This document shows, in pieces, positions 48,018 through 57,405 of a stretch of DNA of 64,000 bases. Made by a program: the position numbers and the translations under genes. Source of the DNA: a virus; IMG/VR virus record IMGVR_UViG_3300046318_000144, positions 20,770-84,769 of that record; one strand, given 5' to 3'. The notes beneath the pieces were generated by a model. The model worked only from the letters and a program-made list of their open reading frames with translations, was not told the origin of the DNA and did not search any database. Numbering within the stretch: position 1 is the first letter of the stretch; each line of letters starts with the position of its first letter.

Positions 48018-48392
48018 CTACCGTACAATTGGATTGTCGTTTTTATCATAGTTGCTCGCTGTGTCAAGACCAAAGTCTGTCATAGTAGGAGCTTCACCGA
48101 TAACTTTGATGTCTTTGGTACCATACAAAGTGTATAGAGCCCATACGACAGTATTTAGGTCCTTAGTTGTAGCGTCAAAGAATGGACCTTCAGGGGTAGC
48201 TGCAATTTCTCCAGACGGTCCCATTGCAAATATGAAGTCACGGACGCTTTGAGCAATAACATCAGCAGATCCTCTAGAACCATACAGGTAATCAACTTCT
48301 TCAGCCTGTGGGTTCCAGTTAACTTTTGAACCATTAACTACGAAAGTCACTGGCTCTAGGTAGATACCTAGAACCTCTTCTCTATCTTCCAT
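48018..48392 (-). CDS. Small acidic hypothetical protein coupled to the giant gene
   Basis: 124 aa; TAATG overlap with the giant gene stop; GAGGAG RBS. Confidence 0.8.
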   Translation of the reverse strand: MEDREEVLGIYLEPVTFVVNGSKVNWNPQAEEVDYLYGSRGSADVIAQSVRDFIFAMGPSGEIAATPEGPFFDATTKDLNTVVWALYTLYGTKDIKVIGEAPTMTDFGLDTASNYDKNDNPIVR

Positions 48393-51300
48393 TACTTCTC
48401 CTCATTAGGGACTACAGCATTTCCTGGACCGAATCCTTCAGTAGGACTCCAATCATTCAATGCTAACAGCATTCCAGTAGCTAGGTGTTTAACGTTGAAG
48501 TCCGTACCCTCATCACGGTTACGTCCAAATACACCCTTGATACCCTCAATCTCGGTCTTCTTACTAGAACTTCTGTAATACTTACCAGTCTCTGGGTCAT
48601 AGAACGCTCCAGGATATAGTCTATCCTCGCCAGTCTCTGGGTCTAGTCCCATTACCGACAGTCCATATGCTCCAGATGCAATTCCAGGATTAGTGAATAG
48701 GTCCTGCATAGCCATAGTAGATACTTCAGATGCCTCATCATTAGGGTTTAGGAATGCTTTCCTATTCAAGAAAGGATAAGCCTTAGCCATATAAGGCTGT
48801 GACATTCCCTTAATTGCTAGAGCCTGCTCTGATCCACCCTTATTTAGGTTAATGATAGGAACTAATCTCTCATTATCGGTTCCAGCATCAACTACAGCTC
48901 TGTCATAAAGCCAAGCGTGCTCGATTGCTCTCTGGTTAGGGTCTAACTTCTGAGTAAAGTGAGTCAACTCGTGAAGTGCTACGTCAGTAGCTGGGTTTAG
49001 TCCCTCTTCCTTAGCAGCAATTCTACGGTCCTTACCTCTTCTATTAGATAGGTGGATTTCATAACCCTTACCATTCTTGAGAGGGGCAAAGTGACCTCGC
49101 TTTACACCAGCTTTAACCTCTAGCTTGAGATTATTCTCTTTTAGGTGCTCTATCATCTTAAGGATGTTAGATCTCGGCATGTGCTTAAACGCTTCTGACA
49201 ATGCTTCAGCAGCCTTTATAGTGCTCTTCGAGTTTAGAGGAGCCTTCTTACCAGCAGTGACTAGTAGTCCATCAAACTCATCTAATGACACGTTGTCGAA
49301 CTGAACTCCAGCAGCTTCTAAGGCTTCTTTAGCAGCTACTCGCTCAGCTTGGTGGACATCATCTAGGTAGTCAGTAGCCTTAGCACGCTCCTGAGCCTTA
49401 TCCTTCGAGTACTGGTCAAAGTAGACTTTCTTAGCCTCTTCTGTAACTGCAGGATCAGTCAGAGCTTTGTATGCAAAAGCTAGCATAGGCTTCTTAGCAC
49501 TAAAGTCACTATCTTCATCTTCTAGATAGTAAGGTAGTCCCTTTACTCCAGCTTTTCTTAGATCCTTACTGAGCTTGGCAACGTCAATAACCTCTTTGCC
49601 ATCTTCAGTCTTAACGTACCCAGCGGCACGCATCTCATTGAATACACCAGATACTCCAGACTTACTGTCTTTAATACCATTAATAGTATTTTCCTCTAGG
49701 TCCAGAGCTGCTCTTCTTGCCACGGCGTAGTCGTTTCCAACCTTTGCTAGCGAGTCTAGGGCAGCACGAGCAATGTCATCGTAGGTAGCATCGTCAGGAA
49801 TGTCATAACCTTTTTGACGAAGGATATCCTTCATTCTTTCAGGTACTCCAGACCAAACTTCTTCGCCCATCGCAACTACTTCATTTTTGATATTGGTAGC
49901 TTCTTCGGTAGGGGCAACTGCCCATGTGTTCTCTACATTTTTACCTGAGATAGGTTTGATTGCTTCAGCATTCTCTGGCGTATTATCTGCAGAGTTCTTA
50001 GATATAGTCTTTGAAGGTTTTCTACCCTGCTGTCCAGATGAAATACCGAGAGCTGCAGCACGCTTAGCTACGTCAGTAGTGGCAGCTGGGCTAGGAATGG
50101 CATCTCTATTTGAAACTTCTGGTTTTAGAGGAGATGTATTAACCTTGCTACCCTCTTTAACTACTAGAGTATCAGTAGCCCCGTTGCCTCCAGGTATTCT
50201 ATACTTAACTGCAGTTACACGGCTTCCATCTCTTGCAGTTCCAGACTTAGGCTTACCAACTACTTGACCTAGTAGATCTCCAGTATCGTTATAGATTTTT
50301 TGGTTTTCAGCTAAGTTTTCAGCTACTTCAGTCTGACCATAGGATTCAGTACCGACACCCTTGTATATAACGGTATTTGTGTCAAGGTCAAAAATCTGAC
50401 CAGATGCACGGTCTACACGATACTTATCTGGCTGCTGCTCAGCGCGGAAGAAGGTTAGGTCATCTTCGTACAACCAAGGAGCCGATGAAGTTGGCTTAGT
50501 GTCAGGGGCAGTCTTTGTCATCTTTTTAGATGCCATAGGTAGTACGCTACCGTTGGCAAACTCTACCTTAACGTAGTCACCATAGACGTAAGACTGCTGC
50601 TCCTCGTCGCCTTCTTCACCTTCTTCGCCTTCACCACTATTGATTGATGGCGTGTGCTCTTTAAGTTTTCTTACAACTGTTCCGACTGCAGTCTCTCCGA
50701 CGTTATTTTTGATAATTACTCGGTCTCCAACTTGGAGGTCTTGACCATTCTTATCAGTGTGAGGGCGGTGAGTAGTGATGTCATCCTGGGCAGGCATATT
50801 GCTGTCTAGGTAGCCGTTAAACTGCTCCATCATCTGGTCTAGCTCACGCTTACTGCTATTTACATAGCGCTGCTCCATAATTCCTCTAAGAACATCTCTA
50901 GCAGTATCGCGAGCCGCCTGAGTGTCGGGGAGTGAGCGTAGGTGTGTAGCTAGGAGTGAACGTGCTTCAGCATAGTCTCCTGAATCCAAAGATTCTAATA
51001 TAGAACCTACTTCAGATCTCTTCTGTCTTAAGAAGTTCTTACCGTCAGTGTGAGTTACCTGAGCTCTACCGTAGAGGGCAAGGCTAGTTTCTTCTTCTGG
51101 GGTTCTAAGCTTTAGAGTAGTGTCAGACTTACCAAGGCCAAGCTTTGCCATCTGCAAGAGTCGGTCATATCTACCAGCTCTTAGGAGCTCAATTTCACCA
51201 ATAATACCGCCGTAGTTCTCACGGTACTTCTTATCTTCTTTAGGGTTACTCTTGTACTTAGTCTTAGCTGGGTCACGAGTGATTTTACTGATAAGTGATT

Positions 51301-54300
51301 CTAGACCAGCAGTACTCTTACCTGGCTCACCAAATAGCGACTTCAAGCTCTTGTGTGCCGAGTAGTGCCAGTATTCCTGAGACTCTCCAGTTTCGGTATT
51401 AGTTACCTTTACCTTGACTCTCCAGCTATTATTCTTGGCTTCTTTAAATGAAAGCTCTAGAGTGTGCTCGTCCCCAGCACCAGGTCCAAACTCATCTAAG
51501 AATGTTTCACGGTAGTAGGTTACACTTCCGTCTTCTTGAACCTTTGCTCCTGGGACAATCTTTTCCAAGATGAGCTTAATGTCCTTAGATGCATCACCAG
51601 AACCTCCACCCCACTTGTCTAGTACCTCTTGGATATTTTCATTTCTACCAATATTAGAGGTTCCATCATCACGGCGGTCCTCTGGGACAGCCTTCCATAG
51701 AGCTGATGGCTCATTAGCTGGTGGCTGAGGGGTAGCAGTCTTCTTAGAGCTAATCTTACGAGTTCTCTTAGGAACTAGTCTCTTAACTTTGTTGCCACTG
51801 TTATAGCGTCGTAGGCCATGCTCTAAGGCAAGCTCGTTGATTTGACCATTTTCAATAGCATCGATTAGGTCTCCAGTAGCATTTAGAGCGTCGAAGATCT
51901 CCTCACCAGATGCACCATCCTCGATCATCTTAGCGATAGAGCCGTCCTTGTCAGCTGGACCAACAATCTTCTTTAGACGGTCCTTATTTACCTCTTTACC
52001 ACGACTAACCAGCGCTGGGAAGTCCGCAGCAAGTTCATCATAGTTTTTATAAACACGGCTACCTAGTACGTCTTCATTGCTACGAGCACGTAGGGTAATA
52101 CTTCCATCTTTATTCTCTTTGATGTTCCAACGGTTTCCACCAAATACACCAGTGTACCCGCCAGGAGTACTGAGCTGTTCAATCCAGTCTTTCAGGAACT
52201 TATGTGTACGCTTGTCGCCTCCAGGACCAGACTTAGCTACTGGTGCAGTTTCTGGTACATCAGTGTCAAAACTAATCTCGCCATTATCATCCATAGCATA
52301 TAGAGCATTAAGTACTCTATCTTCCTTAGGAATAGCGGCTTCTTTAGCAGCTGTCTGCTCCAGAATCTGAGACTGCTTCTTTTCCTCTGAATCAACAACA
52401 TCCATGTTGAAGTCAGGCTCGCGCTGCATTTCTTTATTAGCACGAGCGAGACCGTCTTTGCCCTGGTAATTTTCAGTCCACTTTAGTGACCCCATGAATA
52501 GGCGTTTCTTAGCACGTGTAAGTGCTACATAGGCCAAATCTAGTTCTTGGTCGTCAGGGAATGCTACTGCACCAGTTTCAGGGTCAGTAACCTTAGGGGA
52601 ACCAAAGTCATCACCAATAATGATGTTGTCCCACTCAAGACCCTTTGCTCTGTGAGCAGTTGTAACCAATACATCGAAGTCTTCGGTATCTCCAGTGTCT
52701 AGTTTGAATAGGTTAGCAATATTGTTTAGGTAGAGCTCTCTATCAGAGTCTTCATCAATAACTAGCTCGTACTTGGTATTACCATCTGCATTTCTCTTAG
52801 TCCTCCAAGTAGGTAAGTCCCCATCTGGTTTTAGGATACTAGGGTCATTTTTGCTGAATGAGTTTCCAGAACCATTATTCTTACCTCCGATAACTAGATC
52901 ACGGAAGGTGGCACCTTTTAGCCCAGTAAGCTCAGCGTCTAAATTGCCATCAAGAATGAGCTTGTTTCCATAAACTTCCCACTTAATACCAGCAAACTCT
53001 CCGCTATCACCATCTGCAGCAGATAGGTTAGTAATATCGGCAAGGTCAATGTGACGCTCTGGCTGAACGATAACTCTAGACATAATACTCTCTAGAGGTT
53101 TAAGGTCTTCCTCAAACTTAGTTACCAGTCTTGCCCAGTAGGCGGCTTTTCCAGTAGGGTTCCTATTCATCTCGGCGAATAGGCTTTCCTTACTGTAGAT
53201 ATCTTTAAGGTCTGGGTGTACTACGGATGGTTGCTTGTCTCGTGAGTCTTTATCTTCTAGAATCCACTTAAGGTTTTCTAGTGCATCATCAACATCCTGC
53301 TTAAGTACAGAAGTTACAGCTACTTTTTTGCCACGATCGAGGAACTTCTTCATCTGGGCAAATCCACCCATGTTATTTCTAACGACAACGGCAGTAGTTC
53401 CGTCTAGACCATCTATGTTGTCAGAGGTTAAGATTTCTCCCTCGCCGTAGCCTTCGTTAGTTGACTTTAGACGGTACTTCTCACCAAGCAAGTTCAAAAG
53501 TGAGTTGGCAGCAGTAGAGATTTTTGTACCAAAACGACGGGTAGTGCTTAGGTTTAGAGCTGCTTCAGATAGACCATCAGAGTAACGTCCAATAGCATTC
53601 TCTGCTCCCATGAATCGGTAAATAGACTGAGCATTGTCACCAACCATAGATAGCTTGATGTTTCCAGCCCTGACGTTGTCCATTAGGACTTTTTCAATGG
53701 CAGGAACCGTGTCCTGAGCCTCATCCATGAATACATGGGTAATTGGTCTACCATTGTGCTTAAAGTCAGCGATATTAGGGTTAGTTAGTGTCCACATCTT
53801 GGTAGCAACTGCTGGAGAAATCGCAGTCGCACCCTTAACTACAGCCATCTTAGGCTTAGGATTACCCTGAGCATCTACGGCTGGCTGACCAGTCTTTTTA
53901 TCAATAGATTGTTCATAGATCGGGTCACCCTTTTCATCAAAAAGCTTGACACCATCTTCGTTTTTAGCCTGAACCTTCTCCCACACAGGAACTGAGGTTA
54001 GGTCCTCCCAGTATTTATTAGCAGATTCTACAATCTTTGCCTTTGCTTTTGCCTCATCTTCTGGTGTCATGTCTGGCCCATTGATGTGGTCGAAGTTCAC
54101 ATGCTGTGGGCCAATCTTCTCGTCAGCACTGTTGCTGTAATTTTCTACAGCATTAATTACTAACTGACCGTGAGCCGCTGGGCCTTGGTTCTTGCCCTTG
54201 ATGTTTATATCGTCTAGTTCTAAGAATTTAGCTATAGCATTAGCACCACTCTTGTGGAAAGTCTCGATAGAGCGGTAGCGGGCTCCCATAGCTCTAGAGT

Positions 54301-56017
54301 CTTTACCAAATGCTGAGCGTAGGAATTTGTAACCAAACTGAGAAGCAGTGGTATTAGCTAATGTATTATCTGGAACCTTAGTCTTTGCTTCGTTAGCATT
54401 CTTTCGGTTGAACTGTAGGTATAGGACTCTAGCCTCTGGCTTGAGACGCTTAAGAGCTTTAGTAATTGCAACGAATACAGTGGTCTTACCAGCACCAGCA
54501 CCAGCAAGTACGGCAGTGTCTTTATCAGCTAGAACAATAGCTGCTGCAATATCACTCTGCTCCTGGCTTGGCTCGAAGCCGAAGTCCTCGGTCCAGTCTT
54601 CTGGCTTTGCCATCTTAGCTAGTTCTTCACTACTAATCTTGTCTCGAACTTCTTGTTCTGGACCAGTAAATGTGGCAACAGTTGCAGGGTCTACTTCTTC
54701 AGGATTGTCATCCTCTTCAGAAGCAACTACCTTAGGTTTCTTTTCAGGCTTAGCAGCTTTTTCAACCTTAGCCTTAGGGGCACGCTTTGGTTTCTCTGGA
54801 GTGGCAGGAGCTTCTGGAGTTACCTCGGCTGCAGGTGTAGCGTCAGGGGCAGCATCCTCATCAAAGACGATCTCATCTGGGTCAAAGTCAAGAGCATCAT
54901 TAAGTACCTGGTCTACATTTACATCTTCACCAGCACTTGCTTTTTCAAAAGCTTTAGCAGTGGCTTTCTCGAGAGCCTTAGCCTTTTTAGCCTCTGACTC
55001 GGCTGCCCACTGGTCTTGGCGTAGCTTTCTAAACTCATCTGGGGTTACTGGAGTTATACCATTTTCCTGAGTAGGGATGGTACCTTTATATGCACCAGGA
55101 CCTCTACCAGAGTCAATACTGTCAATGAGCTCGTATGGAGAACCTAGAGGTCTACCCTCTTCGTCCTGCTCGCTTTCGATGTATCTACCTTCATAGAGGT
55201 AACCATCACCACGAACGTGAGCCTGGACTAGCTTTCCAGTTCTAGGCATGCTGAGGAACAGCTCATCGCCTTCTTCTACATTTTCTAGCCAATTCTTGCT
55301 GGCAACAACAATTCTCTTAGGCTTCTTTGCCTTCTCTGTTTTAGCCTTAGCAGGTGCTTTAGCTGGAGCTTCTGCAGTAGGAGCCTCTGGAGCTTTCTTC
55401 TCTCCACCAGCAAAGTCATCAGGATTTACACCAGACTCTTCTAGGAGCTTCTTTGTTTCCTCTGGGTTAGTAGTCTCGTAACCGCCAGGCATCTTAGCGA
55501 TAGGTGACTCTTCGCGACCAGCCTTCTCGGCAGCACGCTCTTCTTCTGTAAGCTCGCCCTTAGCTAGACGCTCATCTTCAGGTGTAATGTCAGTGCGAGG
55601 AATCTCGTCAACATAAGGAACTTCATTGTCTGCAAGTTCATTTATTTCATTACCGAAGATATCTTTCTTAGGCCCTGTAGAGAGTCCCTGCTTCTCTAGA
55701 TATTCCTTAGGAATAAGACCTTCGAACTGCTCCATATTGTTGGAGTCAACTTCATAGACACCACTCTTGATACCCTTGTCATCCTGGCCCTGTACAAGAA
55801 TACGACCCTTACCTGGCTTACCAGCAGGACCGACGTACACACCGTGAATGGTAGCAGCAATTAAGCGACCACGGATTCGGATCTTGAATAGGGTCCCGCG
55901 ACCCATCTCCATCCACTGGCCGTATTTATCGCGAGGCTGAATTCTCCAGAAGCCTCTGTTGGCACCATCATTAGTACCAATCATGGCTAGCAGGGGGGAG
56001 AGTTGATCTTCAGACAT
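48392..56017 (-). CDS. Giant (~2541 aa) polyvalent protein: UvrD-like SF1 helicase, SH3-like domains and C-terminal HExxH zincin metallopeptidase
   Basis: AGAGAGKTT, DEAQD, VGDNAQSIYRFMGA, TRRFG, TAHRAKGLEWD, YVALTRAK; HELTH at 48959-48973; ATG at 56017 has a GAAGGA RBS (track start 56038). Confidence 0.88.
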   Translation of the reverse strand: MSEDQLSPLLAMIGTNDGANRGFWRIQPRDKYGQWMEMGRGTLFKIRIRGRLIAATIHGVYVGPAGKPGKGRILVQGQDDKGIKSGVYEVDSNNMEQFEGLIPKEYLEKQGLSTGPKKDIFGNEINELADNEVPYVDEIPRTDITPEDERLAKGELTEEERAAEKAGREESPIAKMPGGYETTNPEETKKLLEESGVNPDDFAGGEKKAPEAPTAEAPAKAPAKAKTEKAKKPKRIVVASKNWLENVEEGDELFLSMPRTGKLVQAHVRGDGYLYEGRYIESEQDEEGRPLGSPYELIDSIDSGRGPGAYKGTIPTQENGITPVTPDEFRKLRQDQWAAESEAKKAKALEKATAKAFEKASAGEDVNVDQVLNDALDFDPDEIVFDEDAAPDATPAAEVTPEAPATPEKPKRAPKAKVEKAAKPEKKPKVVASEEDDNPEEVDPATVATFTGPEQEVRDKISSEELAKMAKPEDWTEDFGFEPSQEQSDIAAAIVLADKDTAVLAGAGAGKTTVFVAITKALKRLKPEARVLYLQFNRKNANEAKTKVPDNTLANTTASQFGYKFLRSAFGKDSRAMGARYRSIETFHKSGANAIAKFLELDDINIKGKNQGPAAHGQLVINAVENYSNSADEKIGPQHVNFDHINGPDMTPEDEAKAKAKIVESANKYWEDLTSVPVWEKVQAKNEDGVKLFDEKGDPIYEQSIDKKTGQPAVDAQGNPKPKMAVVKGATAISPAVATKMWTLTNPNIADFKHNGRPITHVFMDEAQDTVPAIEKVLMDNVRAGNIKLSMVGDNAQSIYRFMGAENAIGRYSDGLSEAALNLSTTRRFGTKISTAANSLLNLLGEKYRLKSTNEGYGEGEILTSDNIDGLDGTTAVVVRNNMGGFAQMKKFLDRGKKVAVTSVLKQDVDDALENLKWILEDKDSRDKQPSVVHPDLKDIYSKESLFAEMNRNPTGKAAYWARLVTKFEEDLKPLESIMSRVIVQPERHIDLADITNLSAADGDSGEFAGIKWEVYGNKLILDGNLDAELTGLKGATFRDLVIGGKNNGSGNSFSKNDPSILKPDGDLPTWRTKRNADGNTKYELVIDEDSDRELYLNNIANLFKLDTGDTEDFDVLVTTAHRAKGLEWDNIIIGDDFGSPKVTDPETGAVAFPDDQELDLAYVALTRAKKRLFMGSLKWTENYQGKDGLARANKEMQREPDFNMDVVDSEEKKQSQILEQTAAKEAAIPKEDRVLNALYAMDDNGEISFDTDVPETAPVAKSGPGGDKRTHKFLKDWIEQLSTPGGYTGVFGGNRWNIKENKDGSITLRARSNEDVLGSRVYKNYDELAADFPALVSRGKEVNKDRLKKIVGPADKDGSIAKMIEDGASGEEIFDALNATGDLIDAIENGQINELALEHGLRRYNSGNKVKRLVPKRTRKISSKKTATPQPPANEPSALWKAVPEDRRDDGTSNIGRNENIQEVLDKWGGGSGDASKDIKLILEKIVPGAKVQEDGSVTYYRETFLDEFGPGAGDEHTLELSFKEAKNNSWRVKVKVTNTETGESQEYWHYSAHKSLKSLFGEPGKSTAGLESLISKITRDPAKTKYKSNPKEDKKYRENYGGIIGEIELLRAGRYDRLLQMAKLGLGKSDTTLKLRTPEEETSLALYGRAQVTHTDGKNFLRQKRSEVGSILESLDSGDYAEARSLLATHLRSLPDTQAARDTARDVLRGIMEQRYVNSSKRELDQMMEQFNGYLDSNMPAQDDITTHRPHTDKNGQDLQVGDRVIIKNNVGETAVGTVVRKLKEHTPSINSGEGEEGEEGDEEQQSYVYGDYVKVEFANGSVLPMASKKMTKTAPDTKPTSSAPWLYEDDLTFFRAEQQPDKYRVDRASGQIFDLDTNTVIYKGVGTESYGQTEVAENLAENQKIYNDTGDLLGQVVGKPKSGTARDGSRVTAVKYRIPGGNGATDTLVVKEGSKVNTSPLKPEVSNRDAIPSPAATTDVAKRAAALGISSGQQGRKPSKTISKNSADNTPENAEAIKPISGKNVENTWAVAPTEEATNIKNEVVAMGEEVWSGVPERMKDILRQKGYDIPDDATYDDIARAALDSLAKVGNDYAVARRAALDLEENTINGIKDSKSGVSGVFNEMRAAGYVKTEDGKEVIDVAKLSKDLRKAGVKGLPYYLEDEDSDFSAKKPMLAFAYKALTDPAVTEEAKKVYFDQYSKDKAQERAKATDYLDDVHQAERVAAKEALEAAGVQFDNVSLDEFDGLLVTAGKKAPLNSKSTIKAAEALSEAFKHMPRSNILKMIEHLKENNLKLEVKAGVKRGHFAPLKNGKGYEIHLSNRRGKDRRIAAKEEGLNPATDVALHELTHFTQKLDPNQRAIEHAWLYDRAVVDAGTDNERLVPIINLNKGGSEQALAIKGMSQPYMAKAYPFLNRKAFLNPNDEASEVSTMAMQDLFTNPGIASGAYGLSVMGLDPETGEDRLYPGAFYDPETGKYYRSSSKKTEIEGIKGVFGRNRDEGTDFNVKHLATGMLLALNDWSPTEGFGPGNAVVPNEEK

Positions 56018-56062
56018 GTAAATCCTTCTGTATAGCAAAAAGCTCTAGAGTATCTAGTTAGA

Positions 56063-56081
56063 ATTTTACCTGTCTTTTTAG
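56063..56081 (-). promoter_or_regulatory. Putative late promoter for the giant gene
   Basis: CTAAAAAGACAGGTAAAAT in the intergenic gap. Confidence 0.55.
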
Positions 56082-56091
56082 ATAGTGATTA

Positions 56092-56916
56092 TTACGACGC
56101 GTCTAGATCCTTGATAGAAGTGAGGACATCCTTGAACTTGTTCCAGGCTTCGTGCTGCTTCTTGCTACCGATCTCTACATCATTCTTGGTAATGAAGTCG
56201 TAAGCATCAGTGTTCCACTGCTCGACGTCCTTGAGAGATGTCAATACTTCAAATGATGTAGCTCCAGAGTCGATCATCTGACCGATAGAGCCATCAGCAT
56301 CGTATTTAGCAATCTTCTTCTTAGCGATAGCCTTAAGGTCAGGAGCTACTTCTGGGTCAACCAGACCATTGAGAGACTCCATAAGTGCCTCGAATTTAAA
56401 AACAGCAATTTTTAGGTCGTAGTTCTCTTCCTTGATGGTGTCCTTAGTGGAGAGTAGGTGCTCTTGCTCTTTGAAGTACTTATTACCTTTCAAGTAGTTA
56501 GTGATAGATTCTCTAGAATCTCCACGGTTAACCATACGAGTTAGTTTCCCACCCTTATCAAAAGGATTAACTAGAGTATCTGGGTCAGTGTATCCGTAAA
56601 CCTCTTGAAGGAAGTTATCTCTAGAAGTATTTAGTTCTGAAGCAGCAAGCATTTCTTCTAGAGACTTGCTCTGCTCTGTAGTGGCATCTGCCAACTCTGG
56701 AGAGATAGTTCCAGAAGATACTAGAGCATCAAGACGAGCCTGAGTATGAATATACTCGATGCTGTATCTATCGCTTAGTAGAGCTTCAACAATAAGGGAA
56801 GACTCTCGCTCATCGAGGGAGCTAAATTCCTGAAGTAGCTTGCGAGAAAGTTCTGAGTCTTTGTAAATAGCAAAAACTCTTTTTTCTAGCTTTTTGATTT
56901 TAGACTGATCTAGCAT
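56092..56916 (-). CDS. Helical hypothetical protein with an internal duplication shared with the giant protein
   Basis: AAGGAG RBS; two copies of D..G....M...G.....I/V...L. Confidence 0.8.
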   Translation of the reverse strand: MLDQSKIKKLEKRVFAIYKDSELSRKLLQEFSSLDERESSLIVEALLSDRYSIEYIHTQARLDALVSSGTISPELADATTEQSKSLEEMLAASELNTSRDNFLQEVYGYTDPDTLVNPFDKGGKLTRMVNRGDSRESITNYLKGNKYFKEQEHLLSTKDTIKEENYDLKIAVFKFEALMESLNGLVDPEVAPDLKAIAKKKIAKYDADGSIGQMIDSGATSFEVLTSLKDVEQWNTDAYDFITKNDVEIGSKKQHEAWNKFKDVLTSIKDLDAS

Positions 56917-56931
56917 TGAGACTCCTTAGTA

Positions 56932-57396
56932 TTAGCGAATGCCTAGTGTTGCACGTAGCTGCCAGTTCCACTTCTGATGAGCATCAATGCGCTCAGCTAG
57001 GAAGTTAGCAATGCCTTGCTGATTTACAGCGTTAGCTTCTTGGAAGGCTTCATCGAGACGTCCAAGTACAGCTTTATTGTTGTCGTACAGAGACTGAACC
57101 ATAAGCATCCCGTTACCGTCCGAGATTCTAGGCTGGTCGCATATGCATGACATGTCAATAAAGTCTTGTAGAAGATACGGGGCATCAAAGCCAAGCTTGA
57201 GGATATCCTCAGCTAGCGGGTCTATAGCACTGTCAACATCTTCATAGATTTCTGAGAAGAATCCATGCAGCTGGGTGAACTCTACTCCAGAGACGTTCCA
57301 GTGGTATCCCTGAGCTAGAGATTTAAAAATAACTAAGTCGCTAAGAACTTTAGCTAGCTTCTCGGCTAATTGGACGTTTCCATCAACTTCGTGCAT
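56932..57396 (-). CDS. dps: Dps/ferritin-like DNA-protecting protein
   Basis: GYHWNVSG.EF.QLH.FF..IY.....AID.LAE; C-terminal HQK..WQL. Confidence 0.92.
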   Translation of the reverse strand: MHEVDGNVQLAEKLAKVLSDLVIFKSLAQGYHWNVSGVEFTQLHGFFSEIYEDVDSAIDPLAEDILKLGFDAPYLLQDFIDMSCICDQPRISDGNGMLMVQSLYDNNKAVLGRLDEAFQEANAVNQQGIANFLAERIDAHQKWNWQLRATLGIR

Positions 57397-57405
57397 TTGA
57401 TTTCC

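Noticed and set aside
48392-56017. Intein or intron explaining the size of the giant and protease ORFs
   Set aside because: No intein splice-junction or LAGLIDADG motifs recognised; size is explained by domains and linkers
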